64,000 nucleotides of DNA from Pirellulales bacterium (GTDB lineage: Bacteria > Planctomycetota > Planctomycetia > Pirellulales > PALSA-1355), in NCBI GenBank assembly GCA_963733035.1, contig CAVTBU010000005.1:2080001-2144000 (forward strand), given 5' to 3'. Position 1 is the stretch's first letter. Every line of letters begins with the position of its first letter. The position numbers and the translations under genes were made by a program. Positions 10,931 through 21,512 of the stretch are shown here, piece by piece. The notes beneath the pieces were generated by a model that did not search any database, was not told the origin of the DNA, and was given only the letters and a program-made list of their open reading frames with translations.

Positions 10931-11927
10931 ATGTTTGTCGATTCCGTCAGCATTCACATCGAGGCCGGACGCGGCGGTGACGGTTGCCTCAGTTTTCGCC
11001 GCGAAAAGTTCGTGCCGCGCGGCGGCCCCGACGGCGGCGATGGCGGCAGGGGCGGAGACGTGATCATTGTGGCGACCGCGGGTGTCGACAGCTTGGCGGG
11101 ACTCTCTGGACGCCGTCACTGGAAAGCCGAGCCGGGCGAACGGGGCGGCAGTTCCGCCTGCCACGGTCGCAACGGACACGATCTCATTATCCAGGTACCG
11201 CCCGGCACACTCGTCATTGACGCCGACCGAGGACACGTGATCAAGGACCTCGCGCGAAGCGGATAGCGTGGTGGCGGCCCGCGGCGGCAAGGGGGGCAAA
11301 GGCAACTTGCGATTCAAAAGCGCGACCAACCGGGCCCCTCGCCAATTTACGCATGGCGGCGAACCAGAAGCTCGGCTCATCTCGCTCGAACTTAAGGTCA
11401 TTGCCGATGTTGGGCTGGTCGGCAAGCCCAACGCGGGCAAGAGCACGCTACTCAGCCGCCTTTCGCGAGCACGACCCGAGATCGCAGCCTATCCATTTAC
11501 AACCAAACACCCAAACCTCGGCATCGTGCCGCTCGGCCCGGATCGATCGTTCGTGCTGGCCGATATACCGGGTTTGATCGAGGGCGCCCACACCGGCGCG
11601 GGCTTGGGGCATGAGTTTCTCAAGCACATCCAGCGGGCCGGCATCTTGGTGCACTTGGTCGAACCCATGCCAGCCGATGGCAGCGATCCCCTTGAGAACT
11701 ATCGTGTCGTGCATGGGGAACTTGAGCAGTATGATGAATCCTTGGCCCAGCGACCGGAGATTGTCGTCGTGAGCAAGGCCGAATTGCCCGGGTCGGCGGA
11801 GGTCCGCGAAACTCTGGCAAGACAGCTTGGCCGTGAGGTGCTGGCTATTTCCGCCGTTACGGGCCAAGGGCTGGATCGATTGCTACACGCACTGACCCGC
11901 GAACTCGACGCCCGCACGGAGGGCTGA
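10931..11927 (+). CDS. obgE: GTPase ObgE (apparent frameshift near 11260)
   Basis: MFVD...[10 protein letters not shown] in one frame; [28 protein letters not shown] and YPFTT in another. Confidence 0.95.
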
Positions 11928-11930
11928 GCG

Positions 11931-12719
11931 ATGCCATTTGAGCCGATGTTTCCGCTGGTGGCCGTTGACGTCGGCAATACGCGATTGAAGCTCGGCGTAT
12001 TCTCCACGCCCCTGGCCGAGCCGTTGCCGCATCCGCAAGGGACACTGTCGATGGCGAGGGATTGGTCCGCTGCGGACCTCGACTCTTTTCTGCCGGAATC
12101 GCCCGCCGAGTACACATGGGCCATCGCCAGCGTCAACCGCCCCGCTTGCATTCATCTAGTCGCCTGGCTCACCGAACGTCGAGTTCCTCGGATCTGGCAA
12201 ATGGAACACACGGACTTGCCCGTTTCGGCCGACGTGGAGCGACCGGATCACGTCGGTATGGATCGCCTCGCCAACGTGGTCGCCGTGAACCGGCTTCGGG
12301 CCAGCAACGAGCCGGCCATCATTATCGACATGGGAACCGCGCTCACGGTCGACCTGGTCTCACGTACCGGTGCGTTCGCCGGCGGAGCAATTCTTCCAGG
12401 CATCTCCATGAGCGCCCGTGCGCTGCACGAGTTCACCGACTTGTTGCCGCTGGTAGAGGTCGTCGAGTCGCCCCCGGCGCTGGGCAGATCGACACACGAT
12501 GCGATGTGTTCTGGGCTCTACTGGGGTGCCGTCGGAGCCGTGCAAAAACTGGTCGGTCAATTGACGACCAACTCGACCGAGGCGGAAATCTTTCTGACTG
12601 GCGGTGCGGGGCCGCTGTTCGCCAGTGTGCTGGCCGACGAAAGCAGCCGGCCACCTCAGTTCGTGCCCCACCTTACATTGGCCGGCATCGCCATCGCCGC
12701 GCTCGAGAGGTCGCGGTAG
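11931..12719 (+). CDS. coaX: type III pantothenate kinase
   Basis: VDVGNTRLK, VGMDRL, IIDMGTALTVD, GGAILPG. Confidence 0.93.
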   Translation: MPFEPMFPLVAVDVGNTRLKLGVFSTPLAEPLPHPQGTLSMARDWSAADLDSFLPESPAEYTWAIASVNRPACIHLVAWLTERRVPRIWQMEHTDLPVSADVERPDHVGMDRLANVVAVNRLRASNEPAIIIDMGTALTVDLVSRTGAFAGGAILPGISMSARALHEFTDLLPLVEVVESPPALGRSTHDAMCSGLYWGAVGAVQKLVGQLTTNSTEAEIFLTGGAGPLFASVLADESSRPPQFVPHLTLAGIAIAALERSR

Positions 12720-12721
12720 CT

Positions 12722-13861
12722 ATGCCCGCGGGCACGCGAGTCGTGTTGCTTACGCCCCCCGGCCGTGCGGCAGTGGCCAGTTTGTTGGTCGAAGGCCCCG
12801 CCGCCATATCAACCGTCTCCAACTTGTTTCAGCCCGCCGGTAGGCGTTTGTTGGCGGAGCAACCTTGCGGGCGAATCGCCTTCGGCCGCTGGCCTTCCAG
12901 CGCGGCCAGCGAGGAAGTCGTCGTTTGCCGCCGGTCTGATACGCAGATCGAGATCCATTGCCACGGGGGGCGTGCCGCAGTCCGCGCGATCATTTCGACC
13001 CTGACCGAGCTAGGCCTTGAAGAGATCCCATGGACCGGGTGGATCCGGCAGCAATCGGTCGATCCGCTCGTCGCCGATGCTCGTATCGCGCTGGCCAGCG
13101 CGACGACCGAGCGCACGGCTCTGCTGCTGTGGCGGCAACACGAGGGTGCTCTTCGTCAGGCAATCGAGACCGTCTTGGCACAGATTGCCTCTGACGATCT
13201 CGCGGCGGCACGACGCAGCATCGACGAACTGCTCGGCTGGTCCAAACTCGGCATGCACTTGACCGTCCCCTGGCGAGTCGTCCTGGTCGGACGGCCAAAC
13301 GTCGGAAAGAGCAGCTTGATCAACGCGCTGTTGGGCTATCGCCGGGCTATCGTTCACTCGACAGCGGGCACAACGCGCGACGTCGTGACCGGTTCGACAG
13401 CCATCGCAGGGTGGCCCATCGAACTGTCGGATACGGCCGGAATGCGAACAGGCGACGAAGAACTTGAAAAAGCAGGCATCGAGCTGGGCCACCGACACGC
13501 CGCCGAGGCCGATCTGGTGCTCCTGGTCTTCGATCGGAGTAAGCCCTGGACGGCGGACGATGAAACCTTCGCCGCGCAGTGGCCTCGCTCAGTTCGGGTC
13601 GTCAACAAGTGCGACCTACCCCCCGGCGAAAACTGGCTCCAGCACGATGGAATTCACGTAAGTGCCCTGAACGGTCTGGGCTTGAACGAGCTAACCGCGG
13701 AGATTGCGCAACACCTGGTGCCAACAGAGCCCTCGCCCGATCAGGCATTGCCGTTCTTGCCAACCCATGTTGCGGCGCTCGCGGCGGCTGCCGAAGCACT
13801 CGCGCGCCACGACCCTCGCGCCGGCACGTTGGCGCTTCGCAGTTTGCTGGTCGCTAGCTGA
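12722..13861 (+). CDS. mnmE: tRNA modification GTPase MnmE/TrmE-like
   Basis: LTPPGRAAVA, EIHCHGG, GRPNVGKSSL, GTTRD, DTAG, NKCD; shorter than typical MnmE. Confidence 0.85.
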   Translation: MPAGTRVVLLTPPGRAAVASLLVEGPAAISTVSNLFQPAGRRLLAEQPCGRIAFGRWPSSAASEEVVVCRRSDTQIEIHCHGGRAAVRAIISTLTELGLEEIPWTGWIRQQSVDPLVADARIALASATTERTALLLWRQHEGALRQAIETVLAQIASDDLAAARRSIDELLGWSKLGMHLTVPWRVVLVGRPNVGKSSLINALLGYRRAIVHSTAGTTRDVVTGSTAIAGWPIELSDTAGMRTGDEELEKAGIELGHRHAAEADLVLLVFDRSKPWTADDETFAAQWPRSVRVVNKCDLPPGENWLQHDGIHVSALNGLGLNELTAEIAQHLVPTEPSPDQALPFLPTHVAALAAAAEALARHDPRAGTLALRSLLVAS

Positions 13862-14046
13862 TAGCATTATAAGCGGCGGAAGTGCGCATTCGACTGTCTT
13901 GATCTGGACGCAAGTTCCCGACCGGGTCATACTTTGCAGCCAATTTAGTCGTTCGGCCGAGGGATGCGGCGGTTGCCTCGCGCATGTGAACTCGTGTCCG
14001 CGTAATTCGCCGAACGCAATGATGCCGGTTCAGGGAGGAACCCGTC

Positions 14047-16179
14047 ATGCGGTGGAATTTTTCTCACTTGCTCATGCCCGCGGCGATCTTCGTCGTGCTC
14101 AGTTGGCCATTGCTCACGTCCGAAACGGCCTTCTCGATGCCCGAGGCCGAAGATCCTTATGCGGAAACTCCGTCAAGCGACGGCGAACCCATCGAGACTA
14201 CTGCGGACGACGCAAACGAGCCGACGACGTCGAGTGACGAGCCCGCCGAGGCGCCGCAAGTTATCGTCCGCGACAACGCCAAGGAGAGGACGGCGAAGGA
14301 TTCGGCCGTCAAACCCCGACCGGCCTCCGTATTGCCGGCTACCAAACCAGCCAACGAGACTCACGACCCGTATGCGGAAAAGCCCGCTCCATCGTCTAAG
14401 CCGCTCGAAGGAGACACCGCACCAGGGGCACTACCGCCATCGCCCAAAGTTGCCGAGCTAGTTCCCGTCGAGCCTCGCGGACCGATGCCGCAGCGCGTCG
14501 CACTCGATCCGGCCACCCTCGACGGAGTGCATCCCGGTAGTACCACGCAAGATGAACTGCACGAGAAATGGGGCCAGCCCGAACTTTCACAACGTGTCGC
14601 CGGTGGCGCGCGCGAAACGTATCGCCTGGACAAACTCGGACGCGTACGTGCGACGATCTTTGAAGCGGTGGTCAGTTCTCTGACCGTCCATATCGAACAG
14701 CCGGCTCCGCTGGCATCGGTCGCACAGCGGCTGGCACTCGGGGACGTCGAGCCGGTCGACGTCTACGACGAACATGGGGATCTGCTTGGCGCGGCGTTTC
14801 CAGAGCGCGGAGTGTTGTTGGGCTATTTGCCGCGCTCGCAACCGCCCAGGGTTTTCCAGATTTTGATCGAATCGATCGACGCTCAGCCCTTTTTGGCCCG
14901 GGCGGAAGTCCGGCTGCGCGGCCGCTACGCCGAGAGTATGGCCGACGTGGAACAAGCGTTAACCCTGGCCCCGGACAATCCGCAGGCGCACCACTTGCGC
15001 GGCGAACTGCTGCTCAAGCAAGGCGAACTGAACAAGGCGCTGCAAAGCGCGGAGCGGGCCGCCGAACTCGAACCGCAAACGGCCTCGCATCGTCTGCTGC
15101 TCGCACGCATTCTGGCGGCGGCCGGCGACTATCCGCAAGCAATCAACCGCCTGCGCGATTTGCTCGGCGAGCCGGATCTCAACGACCTGGACGCCGCCCG
15201 CGCGTCGTGCCTGTGGGGAGACTACCTGGCACACTCGCATCTGAACGACTGCGCCACCGCGATCACGTATCACCAACAGGCGATCCAACTGGCCGAACCG
15301 CTGTTGGGCGATCCAGAGCGTAGCATGCGTCGCGCTGCCAAGGAACTTCTGCTCGACGCGCACTTGGGCGTGGCGTACGACATTGGCAGAGGCCACTGGC
15401 AACAAAAGACCACGGCCGTGGCCAAGTGGGTGGATCGCGCCGCCGTCTTTGCCGACGACTTGATGCGCAGCGAACACGCAGGCGCGGAAATGCGACTGCG
15501 GGTGTACCTCGGCGCGCTGGACGCCATTGGCGGCATCGTCGAACCGCCGGACGTCAGTAAATGGGTTGCCAGCACGCGACAGCTTGGCCAGAAACTCTAC
15601 GAGGCCGCGAAAGACTCGACCTATCGCGCGGAACTCGCCTGGCAGTTGGGTCGGGCGCTGAGCGAAGTCGTGGAAATTGAAATTGCCCGCGGCCAAAGTG
15701 ACGAGGCGTTCAACTCTGGGGCGCTCGCACGCTCGCTCTTCGACGAAGCACAGCCCGTGGCCGAAAAGTTGCCCATGTACAACTACGAACGAGGCACGCT
15801 CTACTATCGCCTGGGTGTGGCGTATGCCACCGAGCGCAAGGATCATGCGCAGGCCGTGGTATGGTTCGACCGGGCGGCCCCTCTGCTGGAGAGCCCCGTG
15901 CCGGCTGCCGCCATCAACGCGGGTACGCACGGCGAGGCGTTTGTAAGCATGGCCGTTTCCTATTGGGATCAACAAAATCGCCACGAAGCCTTGCGACTCA
16001 CAAACCAGGGACTCAAGTTGATGGAACAGGCGGTCGAGGAAGGATCGCTCGAGGCCGCTTCACTGGCCGTCCCGTACAACAACCTGGCTGCCATGCACGA
16101 AGAACTCGGCGACCCGGAACAGGCCAAATGGTGCGCGGACCTCGCAACTCGCTATGAAGCGGCGGCAAACACGAAGTGA
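14047..16179 (+). CDS. secreted tetratricopeptide repeat protein
   Basis: Signal peptide, acidic/Pro-rich linker, TPR-like repeats (ALTLAPDNPQAHHLRGELL; YNNLAAMHEELGD). Confidence 0.85.
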   Translation: MRWNFSHLLMPAAIFVVLSWPLLTSETAFSMPEAEDPYAETPSSDGEPIETTADDANEPTTSSDEPAEAPQVIVRDNAKERTAKDSAVKPRPASVLPATKPANETHDPYAEKPAPSSKPLEGDTAPGALPPSPKVAELVPVEPRGPMPQRVALDPATLDGVHPGSTTQDELHEKWGQPELSQRVAGGARETYRLDKLGRVRATIFEAVVSSLTVHIEQPAPLASVAQRLALGDVEPVDVYDEHGDLLGAAFPERGVLLGYLPRSQPPRVFQILIESIDAQPFLARAEVRLRGRYAESMADVEQALTLAPDNPQAHHLRGELLLKQGELNKALQSAERAAELEPQTASHRLLLARILAAAGDYPQAINRLRDLLGEPDLNDLDAARASCLWGDYLAHSHLNDCATAITYHQQAIQLAEPLLGDPERSMRRAAKELLLDAHLGVAYDIGRGHWQQKTTAVAKWVDRAAVFADDLMRSEHAGAEMRLRVYLGALDAIGGIVEPPDVSKWVASTRQLGQKLYEAAKDSTYRAELAWQLGRALSEVVEIEIARGQSDEAFNSGALARSLFDEAQPVAEKLPMYNYERGTLYYRLGVAYATERKDHAQAVVWFDRAAPLLESPVPAAAINAGTHGEAFVSMAVSYWDQQNRHEALRLTNQGLKLMEQAVEEGSLEAASLAVPYNNLAAMHEELGDPEQAKWCADLATRYEAAANTK

Positions 16180-16293
16180 TCGTAAGCCGCCGCCTCGCAC
16201 GTATTTGAGGGTTCCGGGTTCCCGCCGTACGGTCACCAGCCTAGAATTCGGTGGACTATCTACCACCGAGTTGCTGAATCCCGGAGACCGAAC

Positions 16294-16752
16294 GTGCTTG
16301 GACGATTGCTGTTGCTGTTGATCCTGCTGCCGGCCATCGAAGTCGCCATCTTGGTTTGGCTGGCGATGAAGACCTCGTTGCTTACGGTAGTCGGTCTGCT
16401 CGTAGTGGCCGGTGTCGTCGGCACGTTCTTGGCGCGCCAGCAAGGCGTACGGGCATTGGGTCGACTATCCGATGAAGTGCGGCGCGGCAAGATGCCCGGC
16501 GACGCGCTGCTGGACGCGGTGCTAGTTTCCGGAGCTGCTTTACTGCTGATTCTTCCGGGCCTGCTTAGCGACGCGCTCGCGATTCTGCTCCTCTTTCCGC
16601 CGACTCGCAGCCTCTTCAAGACAGCCGCGCGGCGCAGTCTGCAAGGCCGCGTCGTGACGACCCAATTCTACGGCTATCAAAGTCCTGGCGGACGCGACGA
16701 GATCATCGACGTCCAGGTGCTCGACAGCCCGCCGCCGAAGCTTGGCGGTTAG
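16294..16752 (+). CDS. fxsA: FxsA family membrane protein
   Basis: LPAIEVAIL, ARQQG, LLILPGLLSD. Confidence 0.9.
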   Translation: MLGRLLLLLILLPAIEVAILVWLAMKTSLLTVVGLLVVAGVVGTFLARQQGVRALGRLSDEVRRGKMPGDALLDAVLVSGAALLLILPGLLSDALAILLLFPPTRSLFKTAARRSLQGRVVTTQFYGYQSPGGRDEIIDVQVLDSPPPKLGG

Positions 16753-16775
16753 GTGGGCTCAGCGCAAACCGCCCA

Positions 16776-17696
16776 TTAGACCGGCAGCGGTTCGACGTCG
16801 ACCGAGACGTTCATGGCATGTTCTCCCCCGCCGATGAAGACACCTTTAATGGGACAAACGTCGCTGTAGTCGCGACCCCAGGCGACCGTGATGTGTTCGA
16901 GCGACGGCACGACATTGTTTGTCGGATCGAAATCGACCCAGCCGAACCGCGGACACCAGGCCGACACCCAGGCGTGCGAGGCGTCCGCGCCAATCAGACG
17001 CGGCTGTCCGGGCGGGGGAGTCGTCAGCAAGTAACCACTGACGTAACGCGCTGGTAGTCCGAGAGATCGAAAGCAGCCGATTTGCAAGTGGGCAAAATCC
17101 TGGCACACACCGCGCCGCATTTCGAGCACCGTCTCCAGCGGCGTGGCGACGTTGGTGGCGGTCGGATCGTACGAAAAATCGCCGTGGATCCGAGCCATCA
17201 ACTCAAGCGACGCATCGAGCCACGGCCGCCCAGGCGTGAACGAAAGCTTCGCAAAATCGGCCAGCGACAAAAGTGCTGTCACGTGCGGCGAATCATAGAT
17301 GAATTGGCGCACCTCCAAATCGTCGCGCACCGGACCACGTTGCAGACCGGCAATTTCCTCCCACGCGGTTGTCTTATCGGGCGGCAAATACTCCGCAGTA
17401 TGCAGCTCGACTTCACTGTGCGCGGCCACTGACAATTCGTGATGGCGATCTTGAATCGTAAAGAATTGAATCGGGTTGCCAAAGTAGTCGCGGGATTCGT
17501 CGATCTTGTGCGGCAGGGGATTGATTTCCAACCGGTGCGAGCGACACGTTTGCCGGGCGGTGTCGCGCGGCTTGACGTGCAGTTCGTTCTGGCATAGCGG
17601 CACCCCCTCGCTGTAGAGGTAGCGCGTGGCATGCGAGACGCGGTAGCGCGTTCGCGTCGCGCCATTTGACGAACCGAGTTTTGCGCCTGGAGTCAT
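16776..17696 (-). CDS. transglutaminase family protein
   Basis: GVCQDFAH, ARYVSGYL, ASHAWV, GWVDFDPTN, AWGRDYSDV. Confidence 0.95.
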   Translation of the reverse strand: MTPGAKLGSSNGATRTRYRVSHATRYLYSEGVPLCQNELHVKPRDTARQTCRSHRLEINPLPHKIDESRDYFGNPIQFFTIQDRHHELSVAAHSEVELHTAEYLPPDKTTAWEEIAGLQRGPVRDDLEVRQFIYDSPHVTALLSLADFAKLSFTPGRPWLDASLELMARIHGDFSYDPTATNVATPLETVLEMRRGVCQDFAHLQIGCFRSLGLPARYVSGYLLTTPPPGQPRLIGADASHAWVSAWCPRFGWVDFDPTNNVVPSLEHITVAWGRDYSDVCPIKGVFIGGGEHAMNVSVDVEPLPV

Positions 17697-17699
17697 GAT

Positions 17700-20252
17700 C
17701 TATCCGCGTCCGATTTCCGCCAATTGGTGCGCCGGTCCAGCATGGACCAGATACTTGTGCGAAATAGCGCTGGCCAGATCGCGAAGCTTGCCCGCGGAAT
17801 CTTCCAGCATCCTGTCTAGCTTGCCGCGCTGTCCCCGTTCGTCGGGATCGGCCAATGCGTGTACGTCGGCCAAGCGCACGGTCGACACGACCGAAAGGAC
17901 GAGCCGTTGCTCGTCGCTCAGCAGCGGATCGCCCACGGCGCGCGGCAACCGCTCCACGTGGTGGGCCAGGGCTGCAAGTTGATAAGCGATGGCCCGAGGG
18001 TTCGTCTCGTCGGTGATCAGCAGATCCAACAACGGCGCCAATTGCAGGTTGGTGGCGTAGCGGTTGCGATAGGTCATCGAGCTATCAGCGATCTCAAGAA
18101 GCGCTTCGAGCACCGCGTGTTCGCCGCCGGACGCCGTGGACAAGGTGCCTCGCAGTAGCGAAATCATCGCCAGCGCGCGCTCGATCCGGCGGCCCAAATC
18201 GAGAAACTGCCAGCCGGGCCCGCGGGTCATGTTTTCGGTCGCCACGCCGGCAAATGCCGAAAAATTGAAGATCATCTGGTTGAGCATTGCCAACACGTCG
18301 GCGGCTGCAACGTTTCCGCGCGGAAATGACGGCCGGAAGTCGTCGTCCACTCGCTTGAGAATTCGCCACGAGTCGACCGATATCCGATCTCGCACAACCT
18401 TGGCCACGCGGGCCAGTTCCGCAAGAATTGATTGTAGGCTTCCGGGCTGATGCTCGTCGTAGAGAAACTCCATCACGAGCAGCTCCATCGTCGAGACTGT
18501 GCCCGGACTGGAGATTTCGTCAGGCGCGGGAGACAACGGCCCGCAGAGCGCACGGTAGAGCAGGGCAAGTTCCCCCAGGCTACCGGGAGCCGTCTCGCTG
18601 ATTAATCGCGTGAAAATGCTGCGGAGCAACCGCGCCGATCCTTCGGCCCGTTCGACATGCCGGCCGAGCCAGAACAGATTGTCGGCGACGCGGCTCGGCA
18701 GATCGATGCCACTACGACGCGGTTCGACCGGCGTTCCCGGCGCTTGCAGCAGGCTGACTGGCGCCACCGGACCGTCGGCAAGCACCCACACGTCCTTGCT
18801 GCCATGGCCGACGAACAAAGAGTCACCTAGCGTGGCGGGGGACGTGCTGACGTGGGCGAGCGCACCGGGCATTACGTGGTACCCTCCTTCACCGGCAACG
18901 AGAAACGTTCGCAGCGCAATGTGTCCGGGTTTTAGCGACTCATCGTTCCAGACAGGGGCCGTTGACCGCACGACAAGCTCCTGGGCCACGAACTTCGCCG
19001 GCGAGGCCTGGATCTCAGCCGCCAGCCTTTGGCGCATGGCCGGTTCGAGCGACGCCGCGTGCACCGGCTTGCGGCCAGGATGCGGCACGGTTGGACCAAT
19101 CACCAGCCGTTCAAGATTCTCCAGCACGAATTCGCGAGAATCCTCGTCGCCGCACCACCAGGTGCGCACCGACGGAATTTGCAGCTCCTCACCCACGAGA
19201 CGCCGGCAAAGCTCTGGCAGAAAGGCCATCAGGGCGGGTGTTTCCACCAACCCACTTCCCAACGAATTCGCGACAAGAACTTGACCCGACCTCGTGGCGT
19301 TCACAAGACCTGGCACGCCCACGCTCGAATGTCCGTCGAGTTCGAGCGGATCGCAATCCTGATCCATCACGCGACGCAACACGGCGTCGACGCCAACCAG
19401 GCCACCCAGCGTCTTTAGGAACACACGGTTGTCGCGCACCGTCAGATCCTCGCCCTCTACGAGCGTGTAGCCAAGATATCTCGCGAGATACGAGTCCTCG
19501 AAATACGTCGGGCTACTGGGCCCGGGGCTGAGCAACACGATATGCGGCGATTGGCCGCGGCTTGCGGCCAGACTTCCCAGCCGCTGGCGAAGCTTGATGA
19601 AGAAGCCCGCCAACCGCTCAACCTGGCAATGGTGGAAGATGTGCGGCACCATCCGCGAAATGACGATCCGATTCTCCACCGCATAGCCTGGCCCGACGGC
19701 CGCCTGCGTGCGATCGGCCACGACCCACCACGTGCCATCCGGCGATCGTGCCAAATGTGCCGTGTAAAGGTGCAAGTGGCAGTCCTCAGGTACGCGGATA
19801 TCATGACACGGCCGGAGGAAGTCTGGATTGGCAAACACGAGCTCCGGCGGCACCAGACCTTCGCGTACTAGCTGCCGGGGCCCGTAAAAATCGGCCAGGA
19901 TCGCGTTGAGCAACCGCGCCCGCTGGGTCAGCCCTGCGGACAGGACGGTCCACTCGGCATGGCGCATGACGAGCGGCAGAGCGTCGAGTTCCCAGCGTCG
20001 ATCGCGCCCCTGCGGATCACCGTGCACGTTGTACGTGATGCCGTTCTCATGAATCAAACGTTTGGCATGTTGCCAGCGGCGTTCGAGTTCGCCGCGCCCG
20101 AGCGCGTTGAGCAATTGAAAGAATTCCTGCCACTGCGGACGGAGCGTACCGCCGGAGTCGACCAATTCGTCATACACGCCTGGCAGCGGTTGATAGCCGG
20201 CGAGGAGGCTCTCGGCGGCGGGCTTTGCACGGGAAGCTTGCGAGGGGTTCAT
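17700..20252 (-). CDS. circularly permuted type 2 ATP-grasp protein fused to an alpha-E domain
   Basis: YDEL start, GYAVENR, GSKDVWV, then SRVADNLFWLGRHVERAE and LGRRIERA; start at ATG 20252. Confidence 0.93.
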   Translation of the reverse strand: MNPSQASRAKPAAESLLAGYQPLPGVYDELVDSGGTLRPQWQEFFQLLNALGRGELERRWQHAKRLIHENGITYNVHGDPQGRDRRWELDALPLVMRHAEWTVLSAGLTQRARLLNAILADFYGPRQLVREGLVPPELVFANPDFLRPCHDIRVPEDCHLHLYTAHLARSPDGTWWVVADRTQAAVGPGYAVENRIVISRMVPHIFHHCQVERLAGFFIKLRQRLGSLAASRGQSPHIVLLSPGPSSPTYFEDSYLARYLGYTLVEGEDLTVRDNRVFLKTLGGLVGVDAVLRRVMDQDCDPLELDGHSSVGVPGLVNATRSGQVLVANSLGSGLVETPALMAFLPELCRRLVGEELQIPSVRTWWCGDEDSREFVLENLERLVIGPTVPHPGRKPVHAASLEPAMRQRLAAEIQASPAKFVAQELVVRSTAPVWNDESLKPGHIALRTFLVAGEGGYHVMPGALAHVSTSPATLGDSLFVGHGSKDVWVLADGPVAPVSLLQAPGTPVEPRRSGIDLPSRVADNLFWLGRHVERAEGSARLLRSIFTRLISETAPGSLGELALLYRALCGPLSPAPDEISSPGTVSTMELLVMEFLYDEHQPGSLQSILAELARVAKVVRDRISVDSWRILKRVDDDFRPSFPRGNVAAADVLAMLNQMIFNFSAFAGVATENMTRGPGWQFLDLGRRIERALAMISLLRGTLSTASGGEHAVLEALLEIADSSMTYRNRYATNLQLAPLLDLLITDETNPRAIAYQLAALAHHVERLPRAVGDPLLSDEQRLVLSVVSTVRLADVHALADPDERGQRGKLDRMLEDSAGKLRDLASAISHKYLVHAGPAHQLAEIGRG

Positions 20253-20510
20253 CCGCGCCGTTCGTCGCTGGTTTTCAAGAGATTCGCCGTTGTTCGTTCG
20301 TCGAGAATCAAAGCCACAAGTGGCCTGACCCCCTATTATCGCAGATACCCGCCCACACGGAAGGTCATACCCGACGGCCAGCAAACCCACCCGCGCTCAA
20401 CAACGTCGTTCCGTTGGAGTTGTGCGAACAACCCGCGCCACCGACAATCGCGTCGCAATCGAACGTCGGGATCGGCAGCATCCCTTCGCTCCGCCCCTGT
20501 CTTTTTCCGG

Positions 20511-21497
20511 TTACTGTTGAAACGCACGTTGTGCGTGCCCTACCGGGCGCATGGCGAAAAACGTCTCATGGATTGCTTCGCCCACTTGGTTCAAATGCAC
20601 CTGGAACGTATCGATGAATTCATGCAAACCCTGCTCGATGATTTCGCTGATCTGAGTGTAGTCGAGTTGCGAGCGCAGTCGACCCAGTCGCTTCTCGGGG
20701 ATGGTGTGGAAATGTCCGCGCTGGCCGCCCGTGATTGACAAGAGCGACTCCTCGGCCTTGATCAGGCAGAAATGAATCGCGCGGGGGAACTCGCGGTCGA
20801 GAATCAGAAAATCCGCAACCTGAACTGGAAGGATTCGCCCAAATCGTTTGCGGTACATTTCCAGCGCGCTGGCGCTTTCCAGCAGCGCCGACCACTGCAC
20901 CGTGTCGAGCGGAGTGCCCACGTCGGCGGCGGCGGGCAGGAGCACGTAATATTTCACGTCCAGAATGCGGGACGTCTTGTCGGCCCGTTCCAACAGCCGG
21001 CCCATGCGGGCGAAGTGCCAAGCCTCGCCGTGCGACATCGTGGCCACGGTAATTCCCTCCAACAAGTGGCTGGCGAGTTTTACCTCGTTGAAGAACTCGT
21101 AGGCCGAATCCCAAATGTTGGGGTTGGACTTTGCCGAACGCACCATCAGAAAGAATTTATTGAGCTCCTCCCACATCGAGGAACTGATCATTTCGCGCAC
21201 CGTGCGGGCGTTCTCGCGTGCCATCCGCAAGCAGGACAGTATCGAATTCGGGTTGCGCTGGTCAAAGGTCAGAAACTCAATCGCCTTGTGGCGGTCAGGC
21301 TCGCCATAGAGTTCGCGAAACAGCTCGTCGTCGCCGGTCGTTACGACCAGCGGCGCCCACTGATCGGCCGGGTGGATCTCCTCGGCGCCGACGTCCATGG
21401 CCAACTGCAGGTTGACATCGATGAACCGCGCCACGTTCTCGGCGCGCTCAATGTACCGGCTCATCCAAAAGATCGAATCCGCCACACGACTCAGCAT
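20511..21497 (-). CDS. alpha-E domain protein (DUF403)
   Basis: MLSRVADSIFWMSRYIERAEN, GRLLERADKTSRILDVKY. Confidence 0.95.
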   Translation of the reverse strand: MLSRVADSIFWMSRYIERAENVARFIDVNLQLAMDVGAEEIHPADQWAPLVVTTGDDELFRELYGEPDRHKAIEFLTFDQRNPNSILSCLRMARENARTVREMISSSMWEELNKFFLMVRSAKSNPNIWDSAYEFFNEVKLASHLLEGITVATMSHGEAWHFARMGRLLERADKTSRILDVKYYVLLPAAADVGTPLDTVQWSALLESASALEMYRKRFGRILPVQVADFLILDREFPRAIHFCLIKAEESLLSITGGQRGHFHTIPEKRLGRLRSQLDYTQISEIIEQGLHEFIDTFQVHLNQVGEAIHETFFAMRPVGHAQRAFQQ

Positions 21498-21512
21498 GGG
21501 CCAAGCACCGCC

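Noticed and set aside
11255..11270. Programmed ribosomal frameshift in obgE
   Set aside because: No slippery heptamer or stimulatory structure is evident, and similar indels occur throughout the window
12062..12721. 220-aa N-terminal extension of MnmE in the ORF track
   Set aside because: It overlaps coaX in another frame; MnmE similarity begins at ATG 12722
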